From Parasitella parasitica NRRL 2501 (taxonomy: Eukaryota; Fungi; Mucoromycota): a stretch of DNA of 38,590 nucleotides. Both the position numbers and the translations under genes were made by a program. The notes under the pieces were generated by a model. The model was not told the origin of the DNA. It searched no databases and was given only the letters and a program-made list of their open reading frames with translations. The DNA is taken from the NCBI GenBank assembly GCA_025201805.1, contig MU619327.1:94932-133521 (forward strand), given 5' to 3'. The stretch's first letter is position 1, and every line of letters begins with the position of its first letter. Of the stretch, positions 9,979 through 22,917 are shown piece after piece.

Positions 9979-11656
9979 TTTCTGATTTACTATTTGAAGG
10001 AATGGAAAGAGTATTGTTTGAGGGTAAAAATTAATAATTAACCTTGTTAATGATGAAGGAAGGGATGAGAGTGATTAAAAGAAAGAAGAGTCTAGCAACA
10101 ACAATAGGGGTATATATATGTCTACGATTTCTAGTGAATATATACATAGTTTTGGATTTCGCGTCATTATCATAATAAAGGAGAGTCAAGTGGTTCATTA
10201 TTGTGTTATTATTAGCTGGCATAATGAATCTGTCATCAAACTATTTACCATTAAAGCAGATTAATGTGCATGACGGCTCATTATTGCTATTTTTGGGACC
10301 CTTATTTCTACACTGTCATGTGTTTTACAAGATAATTCAAAATCGAGTAGCTGCGAAAAAGCTCGATATCTCATTTTATTTAGTGGCATTAAAAACCATC
10401 GTTTCAATCGTAATGTATTGTAACTGGTAAGCTTTTACATTTTATTGCATAACATGTCAAATCTGTACAACCCTTTGATTCCAGCAGTGGCAATGATTTG
10501 GCATTTAATTTAAATGTGCTAAAAAAAGGAGGGAGGTCTAGGTTTTGTAGTAAACTGATCTATATTTGCATACATTGTAACAAATATAGGCTTCATTATC
10601 TCACATAGTACCAAATGCAGATAAGTAGATTGTTATTGCTGATCTTACCCAAGACAACAAATAAGTCCACCACATGCTAGGACAGATGAGCTAGACGACC
10701 CTCTTGCTTCATATCGTCCAGGGTGTTTCTTTAAATCTCTCCACATCCACAGGCCATTTATTACTGCAAGGAGAGTGATTGACAATATAAAGATACCAAT
10801 GGCGAGTAATTTGTTCTTTTCGAACCAACTTTGTCTGTATAATTACGCTCTAGAATCTCTGGTTCTTGACCAGCGCATATTGTACAACAGACAGAAAGCA
10901 ACATGCAGGAGATTAAATACAAGTACCTGGGCATATCATTATTAGTTTGGGTTTATGGTATCAAATAATGGTTTAAATGAAATAAGTGCTTAACTTTCGT
11001 TAATAAAGGAAAAAGATAAAGCCAAATTTTCAACAGTTTAATTATATGTGCTCGATGCTCAATGATCTATTTCATACTTTTGGTTTGATTAGAATGGGCC
11101 AATATCATTAGTAGTCAAGTATGGCGACTCAATTGTATACCTTTGTTTCGTAAGTTAAAAGGCAAGTGAAATAGGTATCAATAGAGCTAATATAGTCGCA
11201 TACTGTATCTCGAGATTACTTCTTTTAATTACTTGTTAGAACTCTTGGTCTCAAGGGATGGCTCCATTATCTTGCATTGTTTGACAAATGTCAGTAGTGT
11301 GTCTGCTTCCATTTCAATTATCAATTGTTTCTGAAAGTAAAACACTAAATGTGTGACCAAGTGCGCGTCTAACATAATCTCTGATTACAATAGCTTACGA
11401 AGAGATTTTAGTCTTTTGAAACTATAGGATTTTAACATGGTTGCAGATCCTTTTTGAATCATGTCCATAGCAGCGGATTTCAAGAGATATATACTCTCTA
11501 GAAACTACCAAAATACGTCATCAGGACCTCTTACAACTTCTTTGACGGCCGCGCGTTCGAAGGGCTTACAGAGTCACTTAAAAAGTTACATTTATATTCG
11601 TAATGTACAAACGCGAAGTGCAGGACAACCATTTTTACAACTCGATAGTATAAACC

Positions 11657-12909
11657 ATGGTAAAACAAAAAAGCAGTAGAAAATTTCATTTGGTTTGTAG
11701 ATACTCAATCGTTCCTTCTAGTTTAGAAACCAATACGATAATGATGTCTCGACCTGGTCTCCCCAAGGTCGTATTCATCAAGTTGAATATGCTGTAGAAG
11801 CGGTAAAGCAAGGTTCGGCCGCTATTGGGTTGAGAAGCGATAAATTTGCAGTTTTACTCGCTCTCAAGGTTGGTTTTACAACGTGGCGATTCACCTCAAA
11901 TAACTGATGAAACATGTTTATATAATTCCCAATCTTGTAGCGTTCATCTGGCGAGTTAGCCTCTTACCAAAAGAAACTAATTAAAATCGATGACCATATG
12001 GGTATTGGTATTGCAGGTTTGACCTCTGATGCTCGTGTTTTAAGGTAAAATGCACCGATTTTGCCCAGTTGATGCAGTATCTGATCAAAGGACAATTTTC
12101 TCAATAGTAACTTTATGCGTTCAGAAGCAATGAAGTCAAAGATGTTGTATGATAGACCATTGCCTACACAAAGAATTGTCAATGCCATTGCCGACAGTAA
12201 GAGGATCAGTTTATATACAAATTTACATTTGTTTTTTTGACATTTGCTTGAATGAACATTGTATAGAGGCACAAGTAAATACTCAACAATATGGACGTCG
12301 ACCTTATGGTGTTGGTCTTCTTGTTATTGGTTACGACGTAAATATCCAACAACAGAGGAATATGTGGACTGAAGGATTCGTGGACTAAAATATTGTGAAT
12401 TAGGAAACTGGACCTCATCTTTTTGAGTGCTCTCCTTCTGGAACTAGCTTTGAATATTATGCTATGTCTATTGGTGCTAGATCCCAATCAGCCAAGACAT
12501 ATCTTGAAAGATACCGCGAGGATTTCACTAATGGTAAAATGACTCGATGATAATGATCGTGAGTACTCATAGCGCAATGCTAATTTCATTCGTATAAATA
12601 GCTTCTTTGGAAGAGCTTGTTCGTCATGGCCTTCAAGCACTTCGTGATACATTGCAGCAAGACAAAGATCTTAATATCAACAACACATCTCTCGGCATTG
12701 TAGGTGACGGTCATCCATTTGAAATTGTTGAAGGTGAAGCACTGCAAAAATATTTGGATTTACTCGGCGAAGATACGGGCAGAACCAGAGCTCCTGGTCC
12801 TGGTGGAGCTCCTGCTAATACTGGTGCAGAAAATAACGAGTCTGAACCCTCTGAACCTGCTGCTGCTGTCTTGTTTGAAGCAGCAGATCCAATGGATACT
12901 GACAATTAA
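11657..12909 (+). CDS. PRE5: 20S proteasome subunit alpha type-6/PSMA1; 7 coding exons, the first being ATG only
   Basis: ATG|intron 11660-11721|[24 protein letters not shown]; [29 protein letters not shown]; RRPYGVGLL; [13 protein letters not shown]. Confidence 0.95.
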
Positions 12910-13540
12910 AATGATAAAATAATAAATGACAACAAAAAAAAACATTGTAAGACATCAGGCAGCACATTTTTGATAGAATGTAAAACGTTTTGAATATGCT
13001 TCACTCATACATTTTGTAAATTTGTTGGCTATTTAATAAAATAGGCAATCATTGTAACGTTATGTTTGTTCCCGAATCATTTTAATAAAGTTGAGTATCT
13101 TGACCGTTGTAGGATAAGAAATCACGAGGATATTGGCCAGGATCATCCCAAGATTGCCATCCGTTTGCTCCTTAGCAAAGTTACTTTTCGATTGATTTTC
13201 CGAACGACAGCAAGCAAACATATCTCACCAAACCATCTCCTAAAATCCAATTCTAGATCAGGTTGAATGTAACGGCTTCCCAGGTACATAGCCTTATGTG
13301 AAACGGTCATGATTGGATCTGGCTTGCCTATTTTTGTAATACTTGTAAACTTGTTTGAATCTTTATAATTTACGCCGCTGATGCCTGCTCTGCTTACTCC
13401 GGGAAGTTCTGGGTCTTAATTATCTGTACTTCTTGGCAGGACCCGTTCCTTAAACTGAGCCTCTTTTGGAATTGTTATAAAGAGAGGGCCCTCATTTTAC
13501 GCCTCTTACTGATTCCTCTTCTATCTCAACAAATTAGTTT

Positions 13541-13693
13541 ATGCCTGATACAACTATGCAGTCTTTCAACTCAATTATTTCCATAGTGAATTCAAATGGG
13601 TCCTCCTTCTGTCCAAACTGTGGTATAGATGTTACAATATTCTCTCATGAAGATGACTGTCCCTGTGTTCGCCATATACCAAACAAGAAATAA
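13541..13693 (+). CDS. Candidate 50-aa microprotein with C-x2-C-x8-H-x3-C putative zinc site
   Basis: MPDTTMQSFNSIISIVNSNGSSFCPNCGIDVTIFSHEDDCPCVRHIPNKK*; TATAAA at 13476, pyrimidine-rich leader, AATAAA near 13802. Confidence 0.55.
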   Translation: MPDTTMQSFNSIISIVNSNGSSFCPNCGIDVTIFSHEDDCPCVRHIPNKK

Positions 13694-14772
13694 CTTGACT
13701 TATTTATACCTTTGTAAATACGATAATTCTGTGCATATCCGATCCCATTTACTTGTATCAAATCACCCATATTATATATATAGACATTATACACTCAATT
13801 CAATAAACATCCTTCTCATCATCCTTATTCATTTTTATCTTTAATATTTGCTCAAGCCATCTGCTTAATTTGGAAGGTCTGGCATTTTTTCCCTGACATC
13901 TGGAGATAGCCTTACTGTTTTATGAAAAACCAATATAAATCACGTATGAAACTTGATAACAATCATTTATATATCAACACATGCAGAGCATTTGGAGACA
14001 TAACAATAAAATCTGCGGTGACTCATGGGACGTCTAGGTTTGGGTTTCCATATGGATAATACTCATCAAACTTTATATCTCACATTGATCATTTAATTTA
14101 ATTAATTACTTATTTTAATCAATGCATGTGCGTAGATTCTTATCAATAGTAAAATTCGTTTGATTGGATAAATGGCATATATGTAGACGATGCTTATTGA
14201 GGGGAAGTGGCAAGATATCAAAAGAGTTAGATATTGTATATCATCTACCTATGATTTGGTTCTCTTGCAGGATCTATTTTCTAACGATGGTAATATGTAG
14301 ACACTCGCTTTGAAGGCACAAGCCATCCAATATCAGAGGAGAAAAAGCTATGACCCAGAAATAGATATCTAGGCTAGGAAGCTCAACCGCTGTTCATTTA
14401 ATCGCTGTATATGCAATTAGCTGTTTGTATCACCACATTGCGCAATGATAGTCAGTACATTGACACAAATATGAATTTAGCATGCCGTGAATAAAATCAT
14501 GCAATATTGTTTATGAATGCAGTGACAAGCAGGTGTCACACATCCGATAATAGACGTGTATCAGCCAGTGCGAGTGTATTATTTATGAGGCTGCCTCTGA
14601 TATCATTTCGACGTATTTAGCTCTATTCTGGCATTATCTGGAGCTTACAATATTAACATCAAGGTTTGAGGCGTTTTTCCAAACAGAGCTAATACCTGCA
14701 CATTATAAAGAGTGATTCACTTTTTTATCACATTTCCTCTTTGTTTCTTTACGCAACTTTTTTTTTTCAGCA

Positions 14773-16540
14773 ATGCCTTCCATTTCAATCGGTAACTATC
14801 TGATCAACCGTCTCAAGGAAATCAATATTGATACCATTTTCGGTGTCCCTGGTGATTATAATATGGTGAGTAGGAACAAAAGCCTTTATCCTGCAACAAC
14901 TTTTTTTTTACCTAATAATTCATACGTGTTATATAAAGCCTTTTCTTGACCTCATTGAGGATGACAAGGAGCTTACTTGGGGGAATAATGCCAACGAACT
15001 AAACGCTGCATACGCGGCTGATGGATATGCTCGTATTCGTGGTGCCGGTGCTGTTGTTACCACATTTGGTGTGGGCGAACTTTCTGCTATAAATGGCATT
15101 GCCGGCTCGTACTCTGAAATGCTCCCAGTAATCCACATTGTGGGAACTCCTGTCACCTTATCTCAGAATAAAAAGGCTATTCTACATCATTCTCTCGGTA
15201 ATGGTGATTTTCAAGCATTCACAAAAATGTCTGCTCATGTTACAGTCGCCTCTTGCCACTTGACAGCCGAAAGAGCGCTTGAAGAGATTGACTATGTTAT
15301 TAAAACAGCCTATTTGTCCAAAAAACCCGGCTATATAGCTCTTCCTTTGGATTTGGTCAAGAAAGAAGTGGATGTTCCTGATAATCTGCTCACATCTCTG
15401 GACTTGAGCCATCCTGCCAATAATAAGGAAGTCCAAGAAATTGTTCTGGAACAAATCCTGAAACTTATCGAAAACTCCAAGAAACCTGCCATCGTTATTG
15501 ATGGTTGTGTTCTTCGTCAGCATGTTGAAAAGGAAGCAAACGAGTTTGTTAAGCGCTCTGGATTTCCCACTTTCACAGCTCCAATGGGCAAGGGCGCCAT
15601 CGATGAAAGTTTGCATAATTTTCGTGGCTGCTATAGCGGTAACGTTACACTGGAAGGCATCACAAGAGAGATTGAAGAGGCAGATTTATTAATCGAGCTT
15701 GGCACTATCAAGTCTGATTTCAATACCGGCAATTTCTCATACGGCTTGGAGAAAAAGAAGACCATTTCTCTGCATAGCTTCGGTACCATTATTTATCACG
15801 CAGAGTATCCAGGTGTGGGCATGGTGGAGCTGTTACCGCTTTTAATTAGTAGTTTGCCCAAGGTTCCTCTTCAATTAGGTTTCGGCGAACGAGTCAAACC
15901 TGCTTCAATTGACAAGAGTACCGACGAAATCACTCACAATTATCTTTGGAATAAGGTTCCCGAATATATCAAGCCTGGTAGCATTGTTGTCTCTGAAACA
16001 GGTACATCAGAATTTGGCGTGTTTAATATGGATGGTTCAAAAGACACCAAATTCATCAGTCAAATCCTCTGGGGCTCCATTGGTTACTCTGTTGGTGCTG
16101 CTTTAGGTGCTGCCATGGCTGACCGCCAGAGAAGAGTATTCTTATTTGTCGGCGACGGTAGCTATCAGCTAACTTGCCAAGAAGTATCTGTTATGATCCG
16201 CCATGGATTGACGCCAGTTATTTTGCTGCTGAATAACGATGGCTATCTGATTGAAAAATTGATCCATGGTCCGAACAGGGCTTACAACAACTACCAAATG
16301 TGGGAATATTCGAAGAGCCTTGAGTTCTTTGGTGGACATTTGGAGCACAATAAATCCAATGGAAAGAATCCCTCTCCAATTGGTCTCGAAACCAGAGTTA
16401 GCAATCGCAAGGAGTTTGAGGAGGTTATGGCTAAGGTCTCTGAACAGCCTGAAAAGATCCATTTTATTGAAGTTATAATGCCTCAATTTGATGCACCTCG
16501 TGAACTTGCTCTGTTGACAGCAACCTCAGAAAACCGCTAA
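14773..16540 (+). CDS. PDC: Pyruvate decarboxylase; 2 exons, intron 14866-14938
   Basis: IFGVPGDYNM, NANELNAAYAADGYAR, TTFGVGELSA, LHHSLG, TPP motif GDGSYQL...LNNDGY; TATAAA at 14704. Confidence 0.96.
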
Positions 16541-17470
16541 AAGCTTAGTAATAACAATTTCTAGGATAGTATATTAATGCGACATTGAACTTTAGTACGA
16601 TAATGTATGAATAAAAGCTGCTAAACTCTGAATGCTAGTTTACAAACAAAACTGCCACTGATTACAAAAGTCCATCAGGAACATTCAACGATTAAAATAA
16701 AGTTTGTTGTTTTTGATGAAAATGAAAAGAATTTTGGTAAAAACTGAAATGTTGAATAACTAAAAGAAAGTGTTTGATGAACAAGCCTCATGTATTAATT
16801 AATAGCAAAATTGAAATTATTTCAAGCTTTTCTTTTTAATTTATTTATCGAGGGATACAAAAGACGGGGTTGCCAAAGCTTTTCATAAATTGGGGTTGAC
16901 AAATTGCTATTTTTGGGATAAACATTGGCCTTTTGGAGTTGAAACTAATTTTTTTAATTCATCAATTACTAATACCAGTATAATCAGCTACAAATACAGT
17001 GAATTTGGCAGCTTCAAATGCGTTTTTCATTGAGATAACAAGAATTTGGTATGTTTTTGCATCCAAAAGTTGATGATCAAAAGGTGATCAAAGCTTCAAG
17101 TGGATGTTTTTTATTTCTCCATTCAAAATTTATATATTCTACTGCAGTAAAATGGAAAAGATAGCTACAATGTAGAGTTATCAAACGGGTGCAAAAAAAA
17201 TTAATGAGTGAGATATTAGGCAACAAAGTTCGGACTTATTCAAACCCATGATAATGAGAAATCGACATGAAATATTAACAAATAGCAGAAATAGTTAATT
17301 TTACTTTTATAATTATCATGCTTAAAATTAAAGAGCTCATTGAACTGAGTGCGGAACAATGAAGTTCAGAAAAACATATTTATTTAAAATGCAAATAATG
17401 AAGAAAGACAAGTAATGAAGAAAGAGGGAAAAAATTTATAGTGGTTGATTGAGTGGTTCTTCTAGATAAT

Positions 17471-18562
17471 TTATTCCTTCTTGTATGAAGGATAATCGAT
17501 GTAACCACTAGCCTCATTGGTGTAGAATGTGTTACGATCATACTTGTTCAAAGGCCAGCCATTACGAAGTCTTTCAACTAAATCAGGGTTAGAAATGAAA
17601 AGACGACCAAAGCCGATAATATTGCCCGTCTTTTCGGCGACATCAAAAGCAGCCTGAGTATTGTAAGTGTAACCGCCAGCAGAGATAAAGGGGCCCTTCC
17701 AAATCTTACGGAAAGGATCAAGAGTGTCAGCTTGTTTTTCATCGTATGAATCAGCTTGGAAGTCAGCGCGAGGTTCAATGAAATGAATGTAAGCTAAATC
17801 ACTATGCTTATCTTGAAGAGCTTGAGTGATATAACCCCAGGTCTCATAAGGCTTAGCATCTTCCATATCTTGGAAACCAGACCAAGGAGAGAAGCGAATA
17901 GCAGTACGCTTGGCACCGACAGCATCTACAACGGCATCCACAACTTCACGGGCAAAGCGAGTACGGTTTTCAGCAGTACCACCATAGATATCGGTACGGT
18001 TATTGGAAGAAGTGTTGAGGAACTGGTCAAGCAAATAACCGTTAGCAGAGTGAATTTCGACGCCATCAAAACCAGCTTCAATGGCATTCAACGCAGCTTG
18101 ACGATACTGTTGGACAATTTCCTTGATTTCAGGAATGGTGAGAGCTCTGGGCTTCTCTTGAGGAAGGCCGAGAAGATTGACACCCTTAATTGGAATATCA
18201 GAAGCACTAACGGGTTGCTCACCAATATGAGCAGCCATAGCAGCACGGCCAATGTGCCAGAGCTGCAAGAAAATGACACCGCCCTTGGCATGAACTCTCT
18301 CAGTTACCTTCTTCCAGCCATCAATTTGTTCTTGATTGTAAATACCAGGAGCACGGGGATAAGAGCCGGCCTTATGAGTAATAAAAGTAGCTTCAGTGAT
18401 CAAGAGGCCACCATCGGTAGCACGTTGATCGTAATATTCAGCTTGAAGATCAGTTGGGACAGCTGTCTCTGATGCTCGGAATCTAGTCAATGGAACAAGA
18501 GCAATGCGGTGCTTAAGTTCATGGCGGCCTAAGCGCATGGGAGTAAAGAGTGCAGTGTTCAT
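17471..18562 (-). CDS. OYE: Old yellow enzyme / NADH:flavin oxidoreductase (363 aa)
   Basis: PLTRFRA, YYDQRA, QLWHIGR, active site EIHSANGYLLDQF, NNRTDIYGG, FGRLFISNPDL, TFY...GYIDYP. Confidence 0.95.
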   Translation of the reverse strand: MNTALFTPMRLGRHELKHRIALVPLTRFRASETAVPTDLQAEYYDQRATDGGLLITEATFITHKAGSYPRAPGIYNQEQIDGWKKVTERVHAKGGVIFLQLWHIGRAAMAAHIGEQPVSASDIPIKGVNLLGLPQEKPRALTIPEIKEIVQQYRQAALNAIEAGFDGVEIHSANGYLLDQFLNTSSNNRTDIYGGTAENRTRFAREVVDAVVDAVGAKRTAIRFSPWSGFQDMEDAKPYETWGYITQALQDKHSDLAYIHFIEPRADFQADSYDEKQADTLDPFRKIWKGPFISAGGYTYNTQAAFDVAEKTGNIIGFGRLFISNPDLVERLRNGWPLNKYDRNTFYTNEASGYIDYPSYKKE

Positions 18563-19145
18563 GATTTATATTGATAATGTAAAGATATGGGAGATAATCT
18601 GTCAAATTTATGCTGATATTTATACTCAAATCTGATATTCAATTGTGCACTGATAAAGTCAATCTTGAAAACTTTGAATCAGGTGTTCAAAATAGCCAAT
18701 GAAAATCTTTCTATTGCAAACAAAGAATGAAATGTTTTAAACATTGTCGCATACTAAATGATTTACCGATGATTGATCAGTCAGCATTTTATCAGAGCAA
18801 GAACAAAATGAAATGATAAAATGCAAGCTTTGACTCAATTCTGTGATTTCGAAAAGTGTACTAAGGTAAAATGGAGCATATAGGCTGGATTTTCTTGAGT
18901 CAAAGTAGGCGAAAAGATGTCAAAAGATGAATTTAAGAAAATCAAGTATCTTTGCAGAATTCTTTTTTCCTTCACTTTCTTCAGAATAAATTACTAAGCA
19001 GAGCATCTTATATTGCCTAATACAGTAATAGGCGTTTTGACATATTGCACTTGTCAGAATGTCAAATTGTACTTACATAATAATCTTCGTTGCAAGACCT
19101 TTATGCGTATGTGTACACACGCTTTTATTGATATTAATACTCAAT

Positions 19146-20317
19146 TCAGTTTATTTTTTCATTGGCGATTTTCTCCAATTGAAAGGTATTGATGACAGTC
19201 GACTACAGAAAACATGAATGTGAGTCGATATACAAGTCGAATACTGTATACATATATATATAAAACATACTGGCTGCTTACTCCAACCTAAGCGAGTAAT
19301 AGTGTCTTTTGCTGCAGTCTTTCTCGAGGTATTTTCCCCTTTCTTGGTAACAGTTAGTTCAGGCAGACGTCTGATCTCTCTTCCTTGTTGAAACAAAAGC
19401 AAAGTTGGTAAATCAAACGACGCAGGATCTTTGCTAACACCAAACTCTTCTGCCAAATCTGGATAAACGTCAATATCGATTTGGCCTTATTCAAGACATA
19501 TACAAGGTTAACGTCTGCATGTAAAAATCAAAATGAAGAGAAGGCTTTTACCAAATTTCAAATGTGGTATATCGTATTTCACAGATAACTTGGCGAGGAC
19601 AGCTTCAAAATTCAAGCATGCAATAGACCAATTGGCATACAACATGACAACCCAATATTTAGTATCAAGGCCAAGCTCCTTCTTTTCCTTGACTTCTTTT
19701 TCATCTTCAACAATTTCAGTAATACGAGGTCCCTTTATCTCCTCAATCGGCATTGTGGATGTAGATGTGGTTGTGGATGATGACGATGATTTTGGGTTTG
19801 GTGAGCCAAGCACTTTATCTCGAAACGCAGCTTCATTTAATTCGTAAATCTTGGTGGGTCCTCTATACCATGGCTGAGGAAGAAATGTTGAAAGCGCTGC
19901 ACTTGCAATCATCAGTGAATGTAGCGTATCATAATGAGAAAACCACATTACCAATCCAACCGATTGCGTATAAACAAGAATACCAAAAACTAAATCTCCA
20001 AAAGACGCTACAAACCGTGAAAAACTTTGTATACAAAATAAGCACACTAGACAGTTCTTCTGCAGTGGCTGCCATAAAACATTTCCACATGGACATTCCA
20101 AATAAAATCATAAACGTCTTTAGCTCAGTTTCCTGAGAAATAGGCAAGCTTGTTAACCAAAATTATAAACTCGATAAAAAACACTTGCCTCAAAGCTGAT
20201 AGTTTGTTCCTTAATCAGCTGATTTAAACGCAAAATCACATATAATACACCGTATATAAGATGAATAACATAATAAGGGTGCAATATTCTCTGTCTTAAT
20301 TCACCAAAGCTTGTCAT
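19146..20317 (-). CDS. TMX2: Thioredoxin-related transmembrane protein 2-like; 5 exons, first intron GC-AG
   Basis: N-terminal hydrophobic segments, PQPWYRGP, WVVMLYANWSIAC (SxxC), KFG|QIDIDVYPDLAEEFGV, LPTLLLFQQGREIRRLP. Confidence 0.82.
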
Positions 20318-21936
20318 TTTTCTGCTGAAAGAATACAAAAAAAGGAGAATGTTTAGCAAATCCTTGAAATGATGAAATAAGAATAGTGTTTGAATTTCAG
20401 GCTCCACAAACAAAACAAGCAACTGTTGAAATATTCAAGCTGTATCAAATTGATGCGTCTGACAAATCAAATGATGAGCATTTTATCAGCATCTTGCGTG
20501 TATACACAGGCACAATTTCTATTATTATTATTCACGAAATAAACAAGTTAAACTTCAACTAAATTGGTACATCATTTTCAACAAATTCGGGATCCATTTT
20601 TCGATACATACTTCTGTAAATATCGCCGTTGCATAGATCCATGGTGTCAAAACTTTTTTCTTTATAAATCAGGACATGATCAATGTCATTTTGCAATAAA
20701 ATACTAATAATCCATGTGCAGAGAATCTGATATTTACCATTCAGAATCTCACCCGAACTTATTTTATATATGTAGTATTATAGCATAAATCTCCACTATA
20801 TAGATACTTGATGCTTATTCTGTAGAAAGTTTCTCACACGGTCTACACTACTCATTGTGAGCGAGATTTTCCTGATTCAGTATCTTGAAATGAGCCCTGC
20901 GTAAACAGTACATTAAAAGACTATTGGTCACGAATTGCGCGCGGCATGATATATATGCCTGAAACGATTCTGCTGCTTCTGCGAGCATTTATGAATTTGT
21001 GTGTTTAGTGTTTATCGGTTTATGACCATATATTAATGTTGTCAAATACATAAATCATTTGATTCATACATACACGTTATAAGCGAATAGAAACGAAACG
21101 ATGCTTTTAAAATTATGATTTAACCAATTTGATATGCCTAATGTGCAGTTTATACTCCTGTCTTGTATGTATAGCACACCAAGGAAGGCTTATACGTCGT
21201 ATCTATACATACACTACTTTCAAGTAAGAGCTATTGACTCGTTTATTCTTAAATCCATAAGACTTGCTTGCACGCTTTACCACATGTACTGTGTATTTTA
21301 CACATGTCTGTAGATACCATATACATGCGTCATCTGTATGCACATGTGGTATAAGCTTCTTGAGACAAGGCTATATCGAATCAAAGCTTTTATACCAGCC
21401 GTAGTTTTACGAAAAGAACAACAAGTCCCTGTACGTCAGAAGTTTAGTTATAGAGGCGAAACCGAAATATAATACCGATATTCAGCTCGATCGCTATCTA
21501 CAGATATACTAGATTTCATAATGAGACTTATGCAAGCGTACAAAACAGGTATACAATCCAAACTTACGGATAAAATAATAACTCAGAATTTAAGAATAGT
21601 CATCCCATTCTAGAAAGTATAAATACAAGCACTCACAGCTAATATACGCACATATTCTTTCCATAACTAGTGCATATCTCAACATGTCACATCAAGGAAC
21701 AGGCTCTATGCGCAATTAGCCTTTGTTGTTTGATCCACGTCTTTCTCCCTGGATACTTTCTTGATCATACCATCTGCTAGCCAAAATCTAGTTTATTTTA
21801 CAATAAGCACAGAGGGTACCATTTTAATTTAAAAAAATGCCACACATTGTCGAATACCATTAGTCGTTAATCTTCTCATATATAAAGCAAACCCTTTTCA
21901 CCTTGATTTCTGTCTTTATTCCACCAAGAAATAAAA

Positions 21937-22371
21937 ATGTCTGTCAAGCAAAAATCCCCTTCCCTTCAAATCAAAAATTTGCTGTGCGATGATTTAGAGA
22001 TTAATACAAAGATACCATTCATTCAACTGCCCTGTCCCACACAAGAGAAATCAGCAGCAACAAGCTTCCGTCAGCCAAATCATCATTTTAGCTCATTTAG
22101 AATCAATAAAGACAGCTTTTACAATAGTAGACCTTACAGCTTTGACTTATATCGGTGTCAGTATTATCAAAACGATACTGATCTCTTGAAAATTAAGAGA
22201 AGACGAGCCACTGTCTTACAAACGCAAGCCTTACAGAAGGTATTTGACAAGACGGCATTTCCATCGACTGGTTTAAGGGAAAACCTTGCTCGTCATTTAG
22301 GGATGTCGCCAAGAACAGTTCAAATTTGGTTTCAAAATAAAAGACAAGCAGCAAGGAAAGTGTATAAATAA
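21937..22371 (+). CDS. Homeodomain transcription factor (144 aa)
   Basis: KRRRAT...LQKVFDKTAFP...RENLARHLGMSPRTVQIWFQNKRQ; TATA at ~21879. Confidence 0.9.
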   Translation: MSVKQKSPSLQIKNLLCDDLEINTKIPFIQLPCPTQEKSAATSFRQPNHHFSSFRINKDSFYNSRPYSFDLYRCQYYQNDTDLLKIKRRRATVLQTQALQKVFDKTAFPSTGLRENLARHLGMSPRTVQIWFQNKRQAARKVYK

Positions 22372-22917
22372 GAATTGTAATAGAGAACACGTATGCTTGC
22401 CATAAAAGAAGATGCTGGATATCTTTTTCAAAAAAGCATTTTACTAGACTTGCAAGTTAATATTAATAAACATACCATCATGCACTTTTGAGTATTTTAT
22501 AACATCATTTATGTATATACATATTTAAGGGCTATTATTTTTCATAATTCTAGTTGACATTTATACATGTATTTTTATGTAAAACCAAGCACCCCTTCAT
22601 CGTCCTATTGCGTCAAACTTATTATTAAACAAGCTTTCTTCCTACATACGATGGCAGTCGATGGACGTGACAAATTTAATCATTGTATACTACTAGTATT
22701 TCCCAAGGCTAAGTCGTGGCGTTTAAGATGTCATGTACAGTATACATTTCTGCTTTACATACGATGATATTTTTTTCGAAGCGAGAATCGAGTATCATTA
22801 ATCAAAGAAGGAGTGTATATGATGATGACCATGGCAGGAGCAATGCATCATTAACTCCTTCGGCATGCACTTTTTCTTGATAGATCGATCAAATGAGATT
22901 ATTTATTTACAATAATG

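Noticed and set aside
16864-16910. Direct repeat GGGGTTG(C/A)CAAA
   Set aside because: Two short copies in an intergenic region with no other support.
17804-18472. 222-aa ORF antisense to the OYE gene
   Set aside because: Same antisense shadow effect in a codon-biased gene.
4049-18562. Possible metabolic cluster (quinone reductase, ribokinase, PDC, OYE)
   Set aside because: Interspersed with unrelated genes, no backbone enzyme or shared pathway, no shared motif seen.
22807-22861. SECIS-like element
   Set aside because: ATGA pairs Watson-Crick rather than forming the GA quartet, and no in-frame TGA is needed in neighbouring genes.
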